Part shown: piece by piece, positions 27,812-38,852 of the stretch
Numbering within the stretch: the first letter of the stretch is position 1
Layout: each line of letters begins with the position of its first letter
Virus record (IMG/VR): IMGVR_UViG_3300030329_003698
Coordinates: 13,183 to 77,182 of that record
Length of the DNA: 64,000 bases
Origin: a virus
Strand: one strand, 5' to 3'
Notes under the pieces: model-generated
Seen by the model: only the letters and a program-made list of their open reading frames with translations
The model's database searches: none
What the model was told of the DNA's origin: nothing
Position numbers and translations under genes: made by a program

Positions 27812-28838
27812 ATATTACGAAAAGGTAGAGAAGGATATAATTAAAAAGTATGGCGAGATCATGATCGATTCTAATCTTGTCATAGAAGAAGATATTTTTA
27901 CTATCCCTGTTAGCCCTGCAATAGATATTGGGTTGAATGGAGGAATCCCAGAAGGTAGCTGGGTCATTCTGTCTGGCGCGCCAAAATGTGGAAAGACCAC
28001 GACAGCCTTGCAGATAGCCGCCAACTGTCAAACTGAAGAAGCTGGTGGCAGAATGGTTTACTATTTGAACGCCGAGGGTAGGTTTAAAAAGATGAACCTA
28101 AGTGGCGTAGAGGGGTTAAATCCCGATAAATTAAAAGTAATACAATCCACCCAAGGCAACATCTTAACAGCAGAAGACTTTTTGACTATTGCTACAAACA
28201 TTATTAAAGATCATCCGGGCTGCGTAGTCATAATAGACTCCGCTTCCGCCCTGTCTCCAGAAAAGGAGATGCTCAACGAGATTAATGGTCAAACCAGAGC
28301 AGGCACTCCCAAGCTGTTGTCCTCTTTTTGCAAACAAATGGGGACCGTTGTTCCTATCCAAAACACCATCATTATTATTATTCAACACCTGATAGCTAAC
28401 ACCAGTGGTTATGGAAAAGCTTATATTGAAGACGGTGGTCAGAAAATCAAATACCAGTCTGACATCAAGCTAAGAGCCAAGGGTGTAAAAAGATGGAATG
28501 TTGGAAACTCTGATACACCAATTGGCCAGATAGTTTCTTGGGCCGTGGAACACTCGGCCTTGGGACCACCGGGAGCAGTGGTGGATAGCTATTTGAGATA
28601 TGGAAAAGGAATTGATAGTGTTTATGAGTGGATCAACTTGGCGGCAGATTTTGGTCTGATCTCCAAGGCTGGAGCTTGGTTTAAATGCAACTTCATGGAA
28701 AACCACGAGGAAGAAGCCAAGGCTATGGAGTTTGACCCTACTACTAAATTTCAGGGTCAAGAAAAGTTGTACAAGTTTCTACAAGAAAATCCTAAGCTTC
28801 TAGAGTTGTTAGAAGCTGATATTAAGTCCATGCTATGA
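27804..28838 (+). CDS. recA: RecA/UvsX-like recombinase
   Basis: GGIPEG, GAPKCGKTT Walker A, IIDSASAL, GG..IKY, KAGAWF. Confidence 0.9.
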   Translation: MNEYYEKVEKDIIKKYGEIMIDSNLVIEEDIFTIPVSPAIDIGLNGGIPEGSWVILSGAPKCGKTTTALQIAANCQTEEAGGRMVYYLNAEGRFKKMNLSGVEGLNPDKLKVIQSTQGNILTAEDFLTIATNIIKDHPGCVVIIDSASALSPEKEMLNEINGQTRAGTPKLLSSFCKQMGTVVPIQNTIIIIIQHLIANTSGYGKAYIEDGGQKIKYQSDIKLRAKGVKRWNVGNSDTPIGQIVSWAVEHSALGPPGAVVDSYLRYGKGIDSVYEWINLAADFGLISKAGAWFKCNFMENHEEEAKAMEFDPTTKFQGQEKLYKFLQENPKLLELLEADIKSML

Positions 28839-29236
28839 AAGTAACAGGGCTAGATGGTAAAACATATACGTGGAACTTGACTAATCATGTTCCTTACAAG
28901 GATGACGATAGGCCACGCTCAAAACACCATATACGAGCAAGATCTCTCTTGACTGGAGAGTTTCCCTACGATAGAATCTTGGAAGAGGTCTCCCTGCCGG
29001 GGTGCGGGCTGTTCGCAGACTTCTATATTCCAAAGAGAAAACTAATGGTTGAAGTTCATGGATCTCAACATTATGAGTTTAACTCCTTCTTCTATAAGAG
29101 TAAAGCTGACTTTTACAAGGCTCAGGCTAGAGACAGAAAAAAGATTAACTGGGCAGATCTGAACGGTATAACATACGTAGAACTTCCATACACAGAGAGT
29201 GATGATGAGTGGAGACAAAGAATTCTCAACAGCTAA
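28835..29236 (+). CDS. Vsr/DUF559-like endonuclease
   Basis: EEV...ADFYIP...VEVHGSQHY...RDRKK. Confidence 0.75.
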   Translation: MKVTGLDGKTYTWNLTNHVPYKDDDRPRSKHHIRARSLLTGEFPYDRILEEVSLPGCGLFADFYIPKRKLMVEVHGSQHYEFNSFFYKSKADFYKAQARDRKKINWADLNGITYVELPYTESDDEWRQRILNS

Positions 29237-29705
29237 GGAAAACCTTGCTCACTTTGAAAAGCTTATTGATTCATATCTGACCAAACAGGGAATCCACAAC
29301 ATACAGTACAACGAGGAAGCCCTCAAAATACTAAACATGAAGACTTTCGAGCTAAAGGCTTTAACCAGCATAGAATGCGGAGAGCTATCCTTCGCCCTTT
29401 CACAGTACGCACTATATGTTCAGCAGCAACTCAACGAACAAACCACAAGAGTAAACTGGGCAAAAAGTAAGATCAGGAGCATGGTCGCCAAGAATTCTGG
29501 AAGTTTTGATCGTTACACAAAGTACGAGGAAAAGGAAGGTTTTGTGGTTCAGAACAATGAATACGCCGCCAAGCTCAACGACATACTTTGCTACGCCCAA
29601 GCAGTTTTAGACAGACTTTCTTACATGGCTGGCAGAATACAGTCTTTAAGTGCGACTCTTACAGAACTACAAAGAAGTAAGAGGAGAGTAGATAATGTCA
29701 ATTAA
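29199..29705 (+). CDS. Helical protein, possible UvsY-like recombination mediator
   Basis: All-helical/coiled-coil character; next to recA (context inference). Confidence 0.45.
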   Translation: MMMSGDKEFSTAKENLAHFEKLIDSYLTKQGIHNIQYNEEALKILNMKTFELKALTSIECGELSFALSQYALYVQQQLNEQTTRVNWAKSKIRSMVAKNSGSFDRYTKYEEKEGFVVQNNEYAAKLNDILCYAQAVLDRLSYMAGRIQSLSATLTELQRSKRRVDNVN

Positions 29706-30186
29706 TAAAAGATGGCTTGAATCTTTAATAGACTTCCAAAACGCAGTTAGACGAGGTGTTATAAGTGGAGATATTGAGTTGGTCAAACAGGCTTGGGAAG
29801 AATTCACAGGCGAGACAATAGTAGATGAAGAGAAGGCTTTAGACGAGGAACCTGAAGAAAGGACTGAGAGAGACAATCAAAAAGAAGAAGAGTCCTTTGA
29901 GATGCCAAAGGTAGAGAAAAAGAAGGGAAAACAAAGGCTGGCCAGTAAACAACAAATAAATACTGAGTCCGCAAGAGAGAATGAATTTTCAGATGACGGA
30001 ACTCTGGGTTTAGATGAGGCTGGGGCGGATATAATTAATGATTCTGCCAAACCCCCAACAAAGAGAACAAGAACCCCAGCCAAAACCCCCATAGACGCGA
30101 TGTGCTATGTCTGTGGAAGACCAGAAAAAGTGCATCCTTCACAATATCGAGAACATTACAGGTGCAGCAATTGCTGTAGAGGTTAG
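29695..30186 (+). CDS. Hypothetical protein with C-terminal Zn finger
   Basis: CYVC...CSNC. Confidence 0.65.
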   Translation: MSINKRWLESLIDFQNAVRRGVISGDIELVKQAWEEFTGETIVDEEKALDEEPEERTERDNQKEEESFEMPKVEKKKGKQRLASKQQINTESARENEFSDDGTLGLDEAGADIINDSAKPPTKRTRTPAKTPIDAMCYVCGRPEKVHPSQYREHYRCSNCCRG

Positions 30187-30189
30187 GGT

Positions 30190-31650
30190 ATGCAAAACAT
30201 TCTCAACGACGCAGCGGCGGAAAGGGCTGTGTTGTCGGGGTTATGTCAATATGGTTCTCAGGCTTTTGTAGATGTAGACGACGTAATAACGTCAACCTCA
30301 TTTGTTCACGAATCAAATCAGGCGATATACAAATGTCTTTGCAAGTCTCTGGAACACAGCGACCAAATTGATTTATCTTCGATACTTTCCGCTGCTACAG
30401 AATTAAACTTACACGAAGCTCTCAACGACAAGAAGGAGCTAGAGTACTTAAGATCTATATTCAACTTCCCTATACATCTTGAAAATGTTCGCAAACACGC
30501 TATCAAGATTAGGAAGTTAGAATTTGCCAGACAGATACAAAAACAAGTAAAGCAAATCTACACAGATGTCTCCGAAATATCAGGAGATGAGACGGTAGAT
30601 GAAATTCTGTCTTTGGCTGAAAACCCAATATTTGAACTCTCCAACACTGTTAATAGTGGAAAGTCTGATAAGCCGGTATCGCTTGGAGAAGACGTAGAAG
30701 AGTACATACAACACCTTTTGGACAACCCCATGCAAATGATGGGGATTCCTAGTGGCTTTGGCAGGTATGACACCGCTATTGGGGGTGGCTTCAGAAGAAA
30801 ATGTGTGGACCTGATAGCCGCCAGACCCAAGGTTGGCAAGAGTATGTTTGCTGACAATGTGGCGATGTATATCGCTTCAGAGCTAAACATACCCGTCTTA
30901 ATGCTTGACACAGAGATGTCCAAGGAAGACCACCTCAACAGGATACTCGCTGGCCTGAGTGGTATGGATATCAACTACATAGCGACTGGAAAATTTTCTA
31001 ACAGCGCCATAGACACCGAGAAGCTTGAGAGAGCGTCTGAAAAGCTCAAGAACATTCCATACGAGTACATAAGTATCGCTGGAAAGTCCTTTGAGGAAAC
31101 CCTTTCTGTCATGCGTCGTTGGATAGCCCAGACTGTTGGCTTTGATGAAAACGGCAGAACAAACGACTGCATGATCATATACGACTATTTGAAACTGATG
31201 ACATCCGACAGTATCAGTTCTAGTCTACAAGAATTCCAAGTTCTTGGTTTTCAAATCACCTCTTTACACAACTTCTGTGTTCAGTACGACTGCCCCTGTC
31301 TCTCCTTTGTGCAGCTAAACAGGGACGGCATCACCAAAGAATCAACAGATGTGGTCAGCGGGTCTGACCGACTTATCTGGCTGTGTACAAGCTTCTCCAT
31401 ATTCAAAAACAAATCAGAAGAAGAGGTGGCAGAAGACGGCCCAGAAAACGGGAATAGGAAGCTAGTCCCTCTTGTGGCTAGGCATGGGTCTGGCCTCTCT
31501 GATGGCGATTACATCAATGTGAAAATGAGAGGAGAGGTTGGAAAAATTGAAGAAGGTGTAACCAGAAACGAGTTGAAAAAATCATCAAGAAAAAATGACA
31601 CCGGTTATGTTGTAGACGAAGAAACAGATGAAGACAAGCCCCCATTCTAA
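30190..31650 (+). CDS. dnaB: Replicative DNA helicase
   Basis: AERAVL, AARPKVGKS, TEM, YDYLKL, QLNR. Confidence 0.93.
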   Translation: MQNILNDAAAERAVLSGLCQYGSQAFVDVDDVITSTSFVHESNQAIYKCLCKSLEHSDQIDLSSILSAATELNLHEALNDKKELEYLRSIFNFPIHLENVRKHAIKIRKLEFARQIQKQVKQIYTDVSEISGDETVDEILSLAENPIFELSNTVNSGKSDKPVSLGEDVEEYIQHLLDNPMQMMGIPSGFGRYDTAIGGGFRRKCVDLIAARPKVGKSMFADNVAMYIASELNIPVLMLDTEMSKEDHLNRILAGLSGMDINYIATGKFSNSAIDTEKLERASEKLKNIPYEYISIAGKSFEETLSVMRRWIAQTVGFDENGRTNDCMIIYDYLKLMTSDSISSSLQEFQVLGFQITSLHNFCVQYDCPCLSFVQLNRDGITKESTDVVSGSDRLIWLCTSFSIFKNKSEEEVAEDGPENGNRKLVPLVARHGSGLSDGDYINVKMRGEVGKIEEGVTRNELKKSSRKNDTGYVVDEETDEDKPPF

Positions 31651-32674
31651 CAGAAACGCAATCAAAATGCTCTCCTCAAAATTGATGGAGAGGATCACAG
31701 ACCTCTTAGACTATTTTGAAATAGATCATGAGGTTTACGATAATAGAATAGCGTTTGCATGCCCAATTCATGGTGGAGATAACCCCAATGGTCTTACCAT
31801 ATTCACCACGGGCGACCACTCAGTCGGCAATTGGAAATGCTGGACGCATCAATGCGAACAGGAATACAAACAGGATATATTAGGGTTTGTTCAAGGTGTG
31901 TTGTCTTTACAATCTGAAGAAGATGTCGGGTTTGGACACACCTTAAGGTTCGTCGATAATTTTCTAGGGTCTCCTTCAACCGAAAATCTACCAGAGACTG
32001 ACAGCAAACAAGATTTTGTAGACCTTGCCAATAAAATCTTTTACAAAGAAGTTAAGCAAAAATCCGGTATCAGCCGCGAAGAGATAAAAAGCAGAATAGA
32101 AATCCCGGCTCAGTATTATGTTAACAGGGGATTCTTGCCAGAAACATTAAAAAAGTTTGACGTAGGATTATGTACAGCGCGGGGCAAACCAATGAGCGGC
32201 AGGGTCGTGGTTCCTGTCTATGACGATGATAAGGATCGTATGATAGGGTGCGTTGGAAGGTCGGTGAGTGACACCCTCAACCCAAAGTGGCTAAACAGCA
32301 AGGGCTTCAATTCAGGGGCTTCTTTGTATAATTATTGGCACGCAAAAGACCATATTTCGGAAACCAACACGGTCGTTTTGGTAGAAGGTCAAGGAGATGT
32401 GTGGAGATTGGACGAGGCTGGTATATATAATGTAGTGGGTATGTTTGGCTGTTCTCTAGGCGAGCAACAGCGAATCATTCTAGAACGATCTGGCGCGTTA
32501 AATCTAGTCGTCATGACAGACGCTGACGAGGCTGGCCAGAAAGCAAAAGAAAAAATTTTTCAACAGTGCGACAGAATGTACAACATTCAATTCGTTGATC
32601 TTCCACAAAAAGACGTGGGAGACATGAGCGTGGAAGAAATAAATAATTATATTAAACCGCAATTAGGAATCTAG
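31628..32674 (+). CDS. dnaG: DNA primase (CHC2 zinc finger + TOPRIM)
   Basis: CPIH...C..C, KWLNS, VEGQGD, DADEAG, KDVGD. Confidence 0.9.
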   Translation: MKTSPHSNRNAIKMLSSKLMERITDLLDYFEIDHEVYDNRIAFACPIHGGDNPNGLTIFTTGDHSVGNWKCWTHQCEQEYKQDILGFVQGVLSLQSEEDVGFGHTLRFVDNFLGSPSTENLPETDSKQDFVDLANKIFYKEVKQKSGISREEIKSRIEIPAQYYVNRGFLPETLKKFDVGLCTARGKPMSGRVVVPVYDDDKDRMIGCVGRSVSDTLNPKWLNSKGFNSGASLYNYWHAKDHISETNTVVLVEGQGDVWRLDEAGIYNVVGMFGCSLGEQQRIILERSGALNLVVMTDADEAGQKAKEKIFQQCDRMYNIQFVDLPQKDVGDMSVEEINNYIKPQLGI

Positions 32675-32854
32675 ATGTCCAGACTTGATATGAGGTTAGG
32701 ATTTAGCTATAGGGCTACTGCCCATTTGTGTACTTGGGCTGCATTGATTTTTTCTGTTCTAGATGGCTTTCAGCCTTCCCACTTTACTGAAGTATGCCTA
32801 TGGGCGTCTATCACTTTTTTTGTGCTTGATAAACCAGCAAGGCTTATAAAATGA
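32675..32854 (+). CDS. 59-aa membrane protein (not in ORF track)
   Basis: Starts directly after the primase stop, ATGA overlap with the next gene, two hydrophobic segments. Confidence 0.5.
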   Translation: MSRLDMRLGFSYRATAHLCTWAALIFSVLDGFQPSHFTEVCLWASITFFVLDKPARLIK

Positions 32855-33573
32855 CTCAAAAAATTCTAGCTATCAGTGGACACAAAAGGGCGGGCAAGAC
32901 AACGTGCATTAACTTTCTACATGGTTATGAATTACAGAGAAATCAAGTAATTGAAAAGTTCTCTTTGGATGAGAGGGGCAAGCTGTTAGTCAACGCCGTT
33001 TTCATGGACGAAAAAGGTCAAGAGGTTCAGCAAATGGGTAGGCTGGACCTAGACAACAGGGAGCCAAGGTTTGTTAAGTATTGTTCTTCCAATGTCTGGC
33101 CCTATGTCAAGTCATATAATTTTGCAGACTCTCTCAAATCAATTGCTATCAACTTTTTTGGGTTAACCTATGAACAGTGTTATGGGTCTGAGAAAGACAA
33201 AAATAGCCCCTCTCCAATAAAAGATTATACAGCCAGAGAGTTTCTACAATACTTTGGAACAGATGTTTGTCGCTCTTTAAAAGAAGATGTATGGGTGGAT
33301 TTTTGTATTAACCAAATCCAGTCAGAACAAAGTTCTCTAGCTCTTGTTGGTGACTGCCGGTTTCCAGACGAGGTGGAAGCCATCCAGAACGCTGGTGGCA
33401 AGGTCATACGCCTCACAAGAACGCCACACGAAGATTCTCACGCAAGTGAGGTGGCCTTGGATACCTACGACGGGTTTGACGCTATGATTGACAACGAGGA
33501 CATGACCGTTGAAGAGCAATCAAAAGAGTTACTAGAAATAATGAAGGGTTGGGGGTGGCTGGAGTCGATATGA
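32851..33573 (+). CDS. Deoxynucleoside monophosphate kinase
   Basis: [35 protein letters not shown]. Confidence 0.9.
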   Translation: MTQKILAISGHKRAGKTTCINFLHGYELQRNQVIEKFSLDERGKLLVNAVFMDEKGQEVQQMGRLDLDNREPRFVKYCSSNVWPYVKSYNFADSLKSIAINFFGLTYEQCYGSEKDKNSPSPIKDYTAREFLQYFGTDVCRSLKEDVWVDFCINQIQSEQSSLALVGDCRFPDEVEAIQNAGGKVIRLTRTPHEDSHASEVALDTYDGFDAMIDNEDMTVEEQSKELLEIMKGWGWLESI

Positions 33574-34202
33574 AAGTTAAGCTTATTTCTATTACTCCTG
33601 ACGCAGAAAAAACCATCGGATACTGCGCCAGAGTTAGCAACCCTAAGAATCAAGACAACCCAGACGTAGCTGGGCTGTTGAAGTTTTGCATCAAACATGG
33701 CCACTGGTCTATATTTGAGATGGCTAACATGGTGGTTGAAATTAACACCACCAGAGGAATAGCCGCTCAGATTTTAAGACACAGAAGTTTTTCATTTCAA
33801 GAGTTCAGCCAGAGATACGCAAAAGCACAAGGGTTTGAATATGTCAAGCCAAGAAGACAAGACAACAAGAACAGGCAAAACTCTTTTGACGATTTGTCTG
33901 AAGACGATAGAACTTGGTTTGAATATACACATCAAAGAATTCAAGACGCAACAAGCGCATTTTACGAAGAAGCCCTAGAAAGAGGTATAGCCAAAGAAAC
34001 CGCTAGGTTCATGTTGCCGCTTAGTACCAAGACGCGCATGTATATGAATGGAACAGTTAGAAGCTGGATTCATTACATAAAACTGCGAACAGATCCATCA
34101 ACTCAGAAAGAGCATCAGGACATTGCAAATGAAATCAAGGGCATCTTTAGGGAAGAACTTCCTGTCATATCAGAAGCCTTGGAGTGGAATGAATGCTCGT
34201 AG
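33570..34202 (+). CDS. thyX: Flavin-dependent thymidylate synthase
   Basis: [33 protein letters not shown]. Confidence 0.95.
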   Translation: MKVKLISITPDAEKTIGYCARVSNPKNQDNPDVAGLLKFCIKHGHWSIFEMANMVVEINTTRGIAAQILRHRSFSFQEFSQRYAKAQGFEYVKPRRQDNKNRQNSFDDLSEDDRTWFEYTHQRIQDATSAFYEEALERGIAKETARFMLPLSTKTRMYMNGTVRSWIHYIKLRTDPSTQKEHQDIANEIKGIFREELPVISEALEWNECS

Positions 34203-35215
34203 CTTATATACGAAGCTCATCATATAATAGTTATGATTACTGTCAACAACAGTATTATATAAATTATGTTTTGGGGTTTCCGTCAACATCAGGCAAAAAA
34301 GCCCAACAGGGAACCATCGTCCACAAGGTGATGGAGTGTCTGTCCGCTTGCAAGAAAAGACTACAAAATCTCCCCGAGTCTAGTTTGATGAGCGTGACAG
34401 ATGACGCGCTTGGAAGAATCACATTCACCCACAGCAAACTATACTCAGATGAATTTGTTGATAAATTAGTGGATAAAAGTTTTGAACATTATACTTCTAA
34501 TTGCGTCCATGATTATACAGATAAAGAAGAGAGGGAGTGTCGCAAATGGACGTGGATGGGTCTACATTACAATGACGGCCAATTTGATCCTAGAAACAGA
34601 ACCATTGTAGACACAGAACCACACTTTGACATCGAGATAGATGAACCTTGGGCAGAGTATGACTACACCCTTGATGATGGGACAAGACTAAAAGGTAAAT
34701 TAGCCATCAAGGGGACTATAGATCTAGTTACCGAGGTGGAAAACGGGGTCATAGAAGTTGTAGATTGGAAGACTGGAAGAAGAATTAATTGGGCCACAGG
34801 TGAAGAAAAAGACTATAATAAACTAGAGACTGACCCACAACTGCTTCTCTACTATTATGCTATATCAAAGCTATACCCTGATTACGATCAGGCTATAATG
34901 ACCATTTTCTATATCAAAGACGGAGGACCATTCTCACTGTGCTATGACGATGGGGCTAAAGAGTTATTTCTTAATATGCTAAGAAAGAGATTCAACCAAA
35001 TAAAAAATAACAAATCCCCAATGTTATTGTCTCAGAACCAATCGCACTGGAAGTGTACTAAACTTTGCGATTACTATAAGAACAACTGGGAAGGTACGGA
35101 TACTAATATTTGTAAATATGTACAACAACATATTAAGCAAAACGGTATCGAAAGGACAACGCAAGATTGTACCAAACCAGACTTTAACATAGGGTATTAT
35201 GATGCTCCCGGTTAA
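34193..35215 (+). CDS. PD-(D/E)xK (AddB/Cas4-like) exonuclease
   Basis: GTIVH, GTIDL, VVDWKTG, QLLLY; one N-terminal and three C-terminal Cys. Confidence 0.85.
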   Translation: MLVAYIRSSSYNSYDYCQQQYYINYVLGFPSTSGKKAQQGTIVHKVMECLSACKKRLQNLPESSLMSVTDDALGRITFTHSKLYSDEFVDKLVDKSFEHYTSNCVHDYTDKEERECRKWTWMGLHYNDGQFDPRNRTIVDTEPHFDIEIDEPWAEYDYTLDDGTRLKGKLAIKGTIDLVTEVENGVIEVVDWKTGRRINWATGEEKDYNKLETDPQLLLYYYAISKLYPDYDQAIMTIFYIKDGGPFSLCYDDGAKELFLNMLRKRFNQIKNNKSPMLLSQNQSHWKCTKLCDYYKNNWEGTDTNICKYVQQHIKQNGIERTTQDCTKPDFNIGYYDAPG

Positions 35216-36146
35216 ATATTTTAACAATAAAGAGATCGCGGAACTACTCTCAGTTCCAGAGTGTGTAGAGCTTGTAGAAGACCTTTTTCTAAATTTTGAC
35301 GACACCCAGATGCCGCCCAAAGTATACATGAATGTTCCCAACGGGGACTTCAGGGCTATGCCAGCGGTTGTGGGCAAAACGGCGGGAATTAAGTGGGCTG
35401 GACTCAACATCAAGGAAGAGGGCAAGATCAACATCTTTGCTATGGTGATGATCAATGATATTGAAACTGGAGACCTGCTAGCAGTTTTAGACGCAGAAAC
35501 ACTTACGGCTATTAGAACGGCGGCTGTGACAGGTGTTGCTACTAGACACATGTCTCCGTCTTATGCCAAAACAGCGGCATTCATAGGTTGTGGACATCAG
35601 ACGCTCAGACAAATTCGGGCGGTAGCGCATGTCAGAGATATAGAAACTATAAAGCTTTTTGACCTGAGTGAAGATAGAGCAAACTCGGTAAAAGAAGCCC
35701 TTCAGTATAAAGACAACTATTATCAGTCGCAGGGAATTGCGGTAGAGGTTTGTGAAAGCCTAGAACAATGTTTGTGGGATTCTGATATTGTTACGACTTT
35801 AACACCATCACGAACACCTTTTATAAAATATAAAGATTTAAAACCTATAGTTCATATTAATGCCGTTGGCGCTGACGCAGAGGGAAAAAGAGAATTGCAC
35901 TCCTGCGTCCTTGAAAATGTTGATATGGTCTCCTACGATGAGTGGGTCCAGTGTTCCCATTCTGGAGAGATACAATACGCCAAGAAAAGCAAAATCTCAC
36001 AGATATGGTCGCCATTATCAGAAATAGTGCAAGGAAGAGTTGAAAAAAGTGGCGCGTTGAGGACTCTGTTTGACGCCACAGGGCTTGCTATAGAAGACGT
36101 TGCCACAGCCCGATATATCTACGAAAAGTTTAACAGGAAAAAATAA
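35199..36146 (+). CDS. Ornithine cyclodeaminase/mu-crystallin family
   Basis: MPA, LTAIRTAA, GCGHQ, HINAVGAD..GKRE, FDATGLAIED. Confidence 0.92.
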   Translation: MMLPVKYFNNKEIAELLSVPECVELVEDLFLNFDDTQMPPKVYMNVPNGDFRAMPAVVGKTAGIKWAGLNIKEEGKINIFAMVMINDIETGDLLAVLDAETLTAIRTAAVTGVATRHMSPSYAKTAAFIGCGHQTLRQIRAVAHVRDIETIKLFDLSEDRANSVKEALQYKDNYYQSQGIAVEVCESLEQCLWDSDIVTTLTPSRTPFIKYKDLKPIVHINAVGADAEGKRELHSCVLENVDMVSYDEWVQCSHSGEIQYAKKSKISQIWSPLSEIVQGRVEKSGALRTLFDATGLAIEDVATARYIYEKFNRKK

Positions 36147-36184
36147 CCTAATCGGTTAGGATCTTGATCGTATAGGAAGCTAAA

Positions 36185-38101
36185 ATGCCTATCTGGACAC
36201 CGTTGCATCTACACACTCACTACAGTTTGCTCGACGGACTTTCAAAACCCGCTCAGGTTGCTGCGCGTTGCGAAGAACTTGGGTATGACTCATGCGCCTT
36301 AACAGACCATGGGACAATTTCAGGGTCCATCTCTTTTGTTAGAGCTATGAAAGAGAAAAACATAAAGCCTATTTTGGGTTGTGAGTTCTATCTATGTGAT
36401 CAAGACCCTTGTATTAAAGATAAAACAAACAGACGGCTTAGTCATCTAGTAGTGTTGGCTAAGAATTTTGAAGGATGGAAAAAATTAATAGAGGCCACGT
36501 CAGCTAGCAACGACGAAGAGGTCTTTTACCACAAGCCTCGTCTAGACCTGAACACCTTGGCAGAATACTGTGATGGCAACCTGATAAGTTTTTCGGGCCA
36601 TCTTGGTAGTCAACTTGCAGATATCATCTTTTCAGATGCCAGATCTGCCTATGGAGCTAAAACATACGAAGAAGCAAAATCGTTCGTGGACCCGGACTGG
36701 GTTAGCAAAACTACCCAGCTTGCTGAGAAATACCGCGAGATATTTGGCAAGGATAATTTCTTCCTTGAGATACAACTTATTGACCAAGATATGGCTCCGG
36801 CACAGAGGATTACAGCAGAGGGGCTAAGATATGTAAGTAAGTTAACAGGAATACCCTGTGTAGCTACAGCAGACTCTCATTACCCATCCTCAGAGGATGC
36901 AGCCGATCAGCGCGTTCTACTTTGTTCGTCTCTCAGAACTACGCTAAAAAAAGTCAGCGAGAAGATGAACAACGACGAGGAGATAGGTCTTGGCGGATTC
37001 TTTCGCTCTAACAAATACCACATTCCCACACAAGAAGAAATAGCTGCTATAAATTCCGAGGCTGAGATAGCCAACACCAGAAGAATCAGTGATATGTGCG
37101 AGTCTTATGAAGTCTTGGGAAAACCAATGCTTCCTAAGTTCGACTGTCCTGATGGAATGGGTGAATATGAATATCTAACGCAACTGTGTAGACATGGTTG
37201 GGTGGACAGGCTAGCGTCTCTTGGAAAGGTTGATGACCAGAACAAGAGCAACGAATATTCCGAAAGGATCAAGAAAGAGCTTTCTGTGATAAAAGAGGCA
37301 GACCTCTCTGGATACTTTCTTATCGTCCAAGATATCGTTAACCATGTTAGGCAAGAAAACTGGTTGCCGGGGCCGGGAAGAGGGTCGGCGGCAGGTTGTC
37401 TTATTTCCTATCTGATTGGTATAACAGAAGTAGACCCCATACAGTATAATTTAATTTTTGAGAGATTTTATAACGCTGGTCGGAACACAGAGGGTCATGT
37501 ATCCTTGCCTGATATTGATATCGACGTTCCCACAACAAAGCGGGAACAAGTAATAGAATATATGCGGGTAAAATACGGAAGAGAAAAAGTCGGCCAGATG
37601 GTAACTTTTGGGCGTATGCAGGGTAGAACTTCTATCAAAGAGGTTCTTAGGGTTCACGATGCTTGTAGCTACGACGAGATGAATGAGATAACAAGGAACA
37701 TCCCTTCCGAAGCTGAGATTTCTGACCAGCTACAAGAAATGGACGATCCCTCAATTATTAGATGGGCATTAATGAACACGCCAGACCAATTAAAAGATTG
37801 GTGTAGACTTGAGGATGACGGCACAATTACTGGCGAACTAGGCAAGCTTTTTGAACAAGCTATCAGACTAGAAGGAACATACAAATCTCAGGGCAAGCAT
37901 GCAGCAGGGGTTGTGATCGGCTCTGAGAAACTCAACGAGGTGTGTCCGATGGTCAGAGAAAAAAGAGGACACGAGAAGATTGCGGGATTGGAAATGCAAG
38001 ACTTAGAAGCAATGGGTCATGTAAAGTTTGATGTTCTGGGCATTAGTTTTTTGGACAAAATCATGGGAGTATCTAACCAACTAGACAGTGGAAAAATATA
38101 A
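36185..38101 (+). CDS. dnaE: DNA polymerase III alpha, N-terminal part (PHP, palm, thumb)
   Basis: HLHTHYSLLDG, TDHG, GRGSAAG, FERFYN, PDIDID, KHAAGVV, KFDVLG, then stop. Confidence 0.93.
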   Translation: MPIWTPLHLHTHYSLLDGLSKPAQVAARCEELGYDSCALTDHGTISGSISFVRAMKEKNIKPILGCEFYLCDQDPCIKDKTNRRLSHLVVLAKNFEGWKKLIEATSASNDEEVFYHKPRLDLNTLAEYCDGNLISFSGHLGSQLADIIFSDARSAYGAKTYEEAKSFVDPDWVSKTTQLAEKYREIFGKDNFFLEIQLIDQDMAPAQRITAEGLRYVSKLTGIPCVATADSHYPSSEDAADQRVLLCSSLRTTLKKVSEKMNNDEEIGLGGFFRSNKYHIPTQEEIAAINSEAEIANTRRISDMCESYEVLGKPMLPKFDCPDGMGEYEYLTQLCRHGWVDRLASLGKVDDQNKSNEYSERIKKELSVIKEADLSGYFLIVQDIVNHVRQENWLPGPGRGSAAGCLISYLIGITEVDPIQYNLIFERFYNAGRNTEGHVSLPDIDIDVPTTKREQVIEYMRVKYGREKVGQMVTFGRMQGRTSIKEVLRVHDACSYDEMNEITRNIPSEAEISDQLQEMDDPSIIRWALMNTPDQLKDWCRLEDDGTITGELGKLFEQAIRLEGTYKSQGKHAAGVVIGSEKLNEVCPMVREKRGHEKIAGLEMQDLEAMGHVKFDVLGISFLDKIMGVSNQLDSGKI

Positions 38102-38331
38102 TGGATGAAATCGCAGAGCTTTACAAGACAGTATTAATAGATGGCTCATCTGTGGAATGTCAAAAACTTTCCCTTTGCTGTCTTAACGACTACTATCCTA
38201 GATTTAAAACTTTAAAATACCAAGTAGATTGTGACGACTACAGACTAAAGTTTTCACAAATATATGATGGACCTCAACTTGGTCAAGCTATAAGTAAATA
38301 TCTAGAGATAAAAAGAAAGCTGTATAAATGA
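38101..38331 (+). CDS. Hypothetical protein
   Basis: TAATG-coupled to dnaE-N. Confidence 0.6.
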   Translation: MDEIAELYKTVLIDGSSVECQKLSLCCLNDYYPRFKTLKYQVDCDDYRLKFSQIYDGPQLGQAISKYLEIKRKLYK

Positions 38332-38852
38332 GGCTAGACCACATAGCTTACAGAGTTGCCGACAGAAAAGAGGCTGCCAGCTTTCTAAACTCAATACTTG
38401 AGTATAAGGTTGGAACTGAGTTTGATATCGTTTTTGACGATGGGTCAAAGGCTGAATGCATTGCAATGATCCCTAGAGAAAAAATGGACAATGTCCCACC
38501 AATAGAAGCCGGGGGATTTCGACATCTTGCTCCAGAAATATTCATATCGGACGGGGACGAGAATTCAATTGTTGGTCAGTGGGTTGCCGAAAGAGGTGGT
38601 GTTGGAGGGGTTCACCATTTTGCATACCAAGTGTTTGGAATAGATCGGGTAGTAAAAGATTGGCGAGAAAAAGGCGTAGAATTTCTCACAGAAGACGTAA
38701 TCGACTGTCCTGAAGACGACCTAAAACAAATCTTCACAAAACCCCTTGCACAATTGGGCGGGGTGATCATAGAACTCATAGAGCGGGGCCAAAAGGGTTT
38801 CTGCCAAAACTCAGTAAAAAATCTAATGGAATCTACTAAGGAAGCAAAATGA
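38328..38852 (+). CDS. VOC-fold protein resembling the HPPD C-terminal catalytic domain
   Basis: LDHIAY, GVHHFAY, GVEFL, LKQIFTKP, IELIER, GF. Confidence 0.8.
   Translation: MRLDHIAYRVADRKEAASFLNSILEYKVGTEFDIVFDDGSKAECIAMIPREKMDNVPPIEAGGFRHLAPEIFISDGDENSIVGQWVAERGGVGGVHHFAYQVFGIDRVVKDWREKGVEFLTEDVIDCPEDDLKQIFTKPLAQLGGVIIELIERGQKGFCQNSVKNLMESTKEAK

Noticed and set aside
34193-35215. Cas4 / CRISPR system
   Set aside because: No repeat-spacer array or other cas gene seen; stand-alone PD-(D/E)xK exonucleases are common in phage replication blocks.
36147-36160. CCTAA-TCGG-TTAGG hairpin before dnaE-N
   Set aside because: Only 5 bp with no U-tract; too weak to call.
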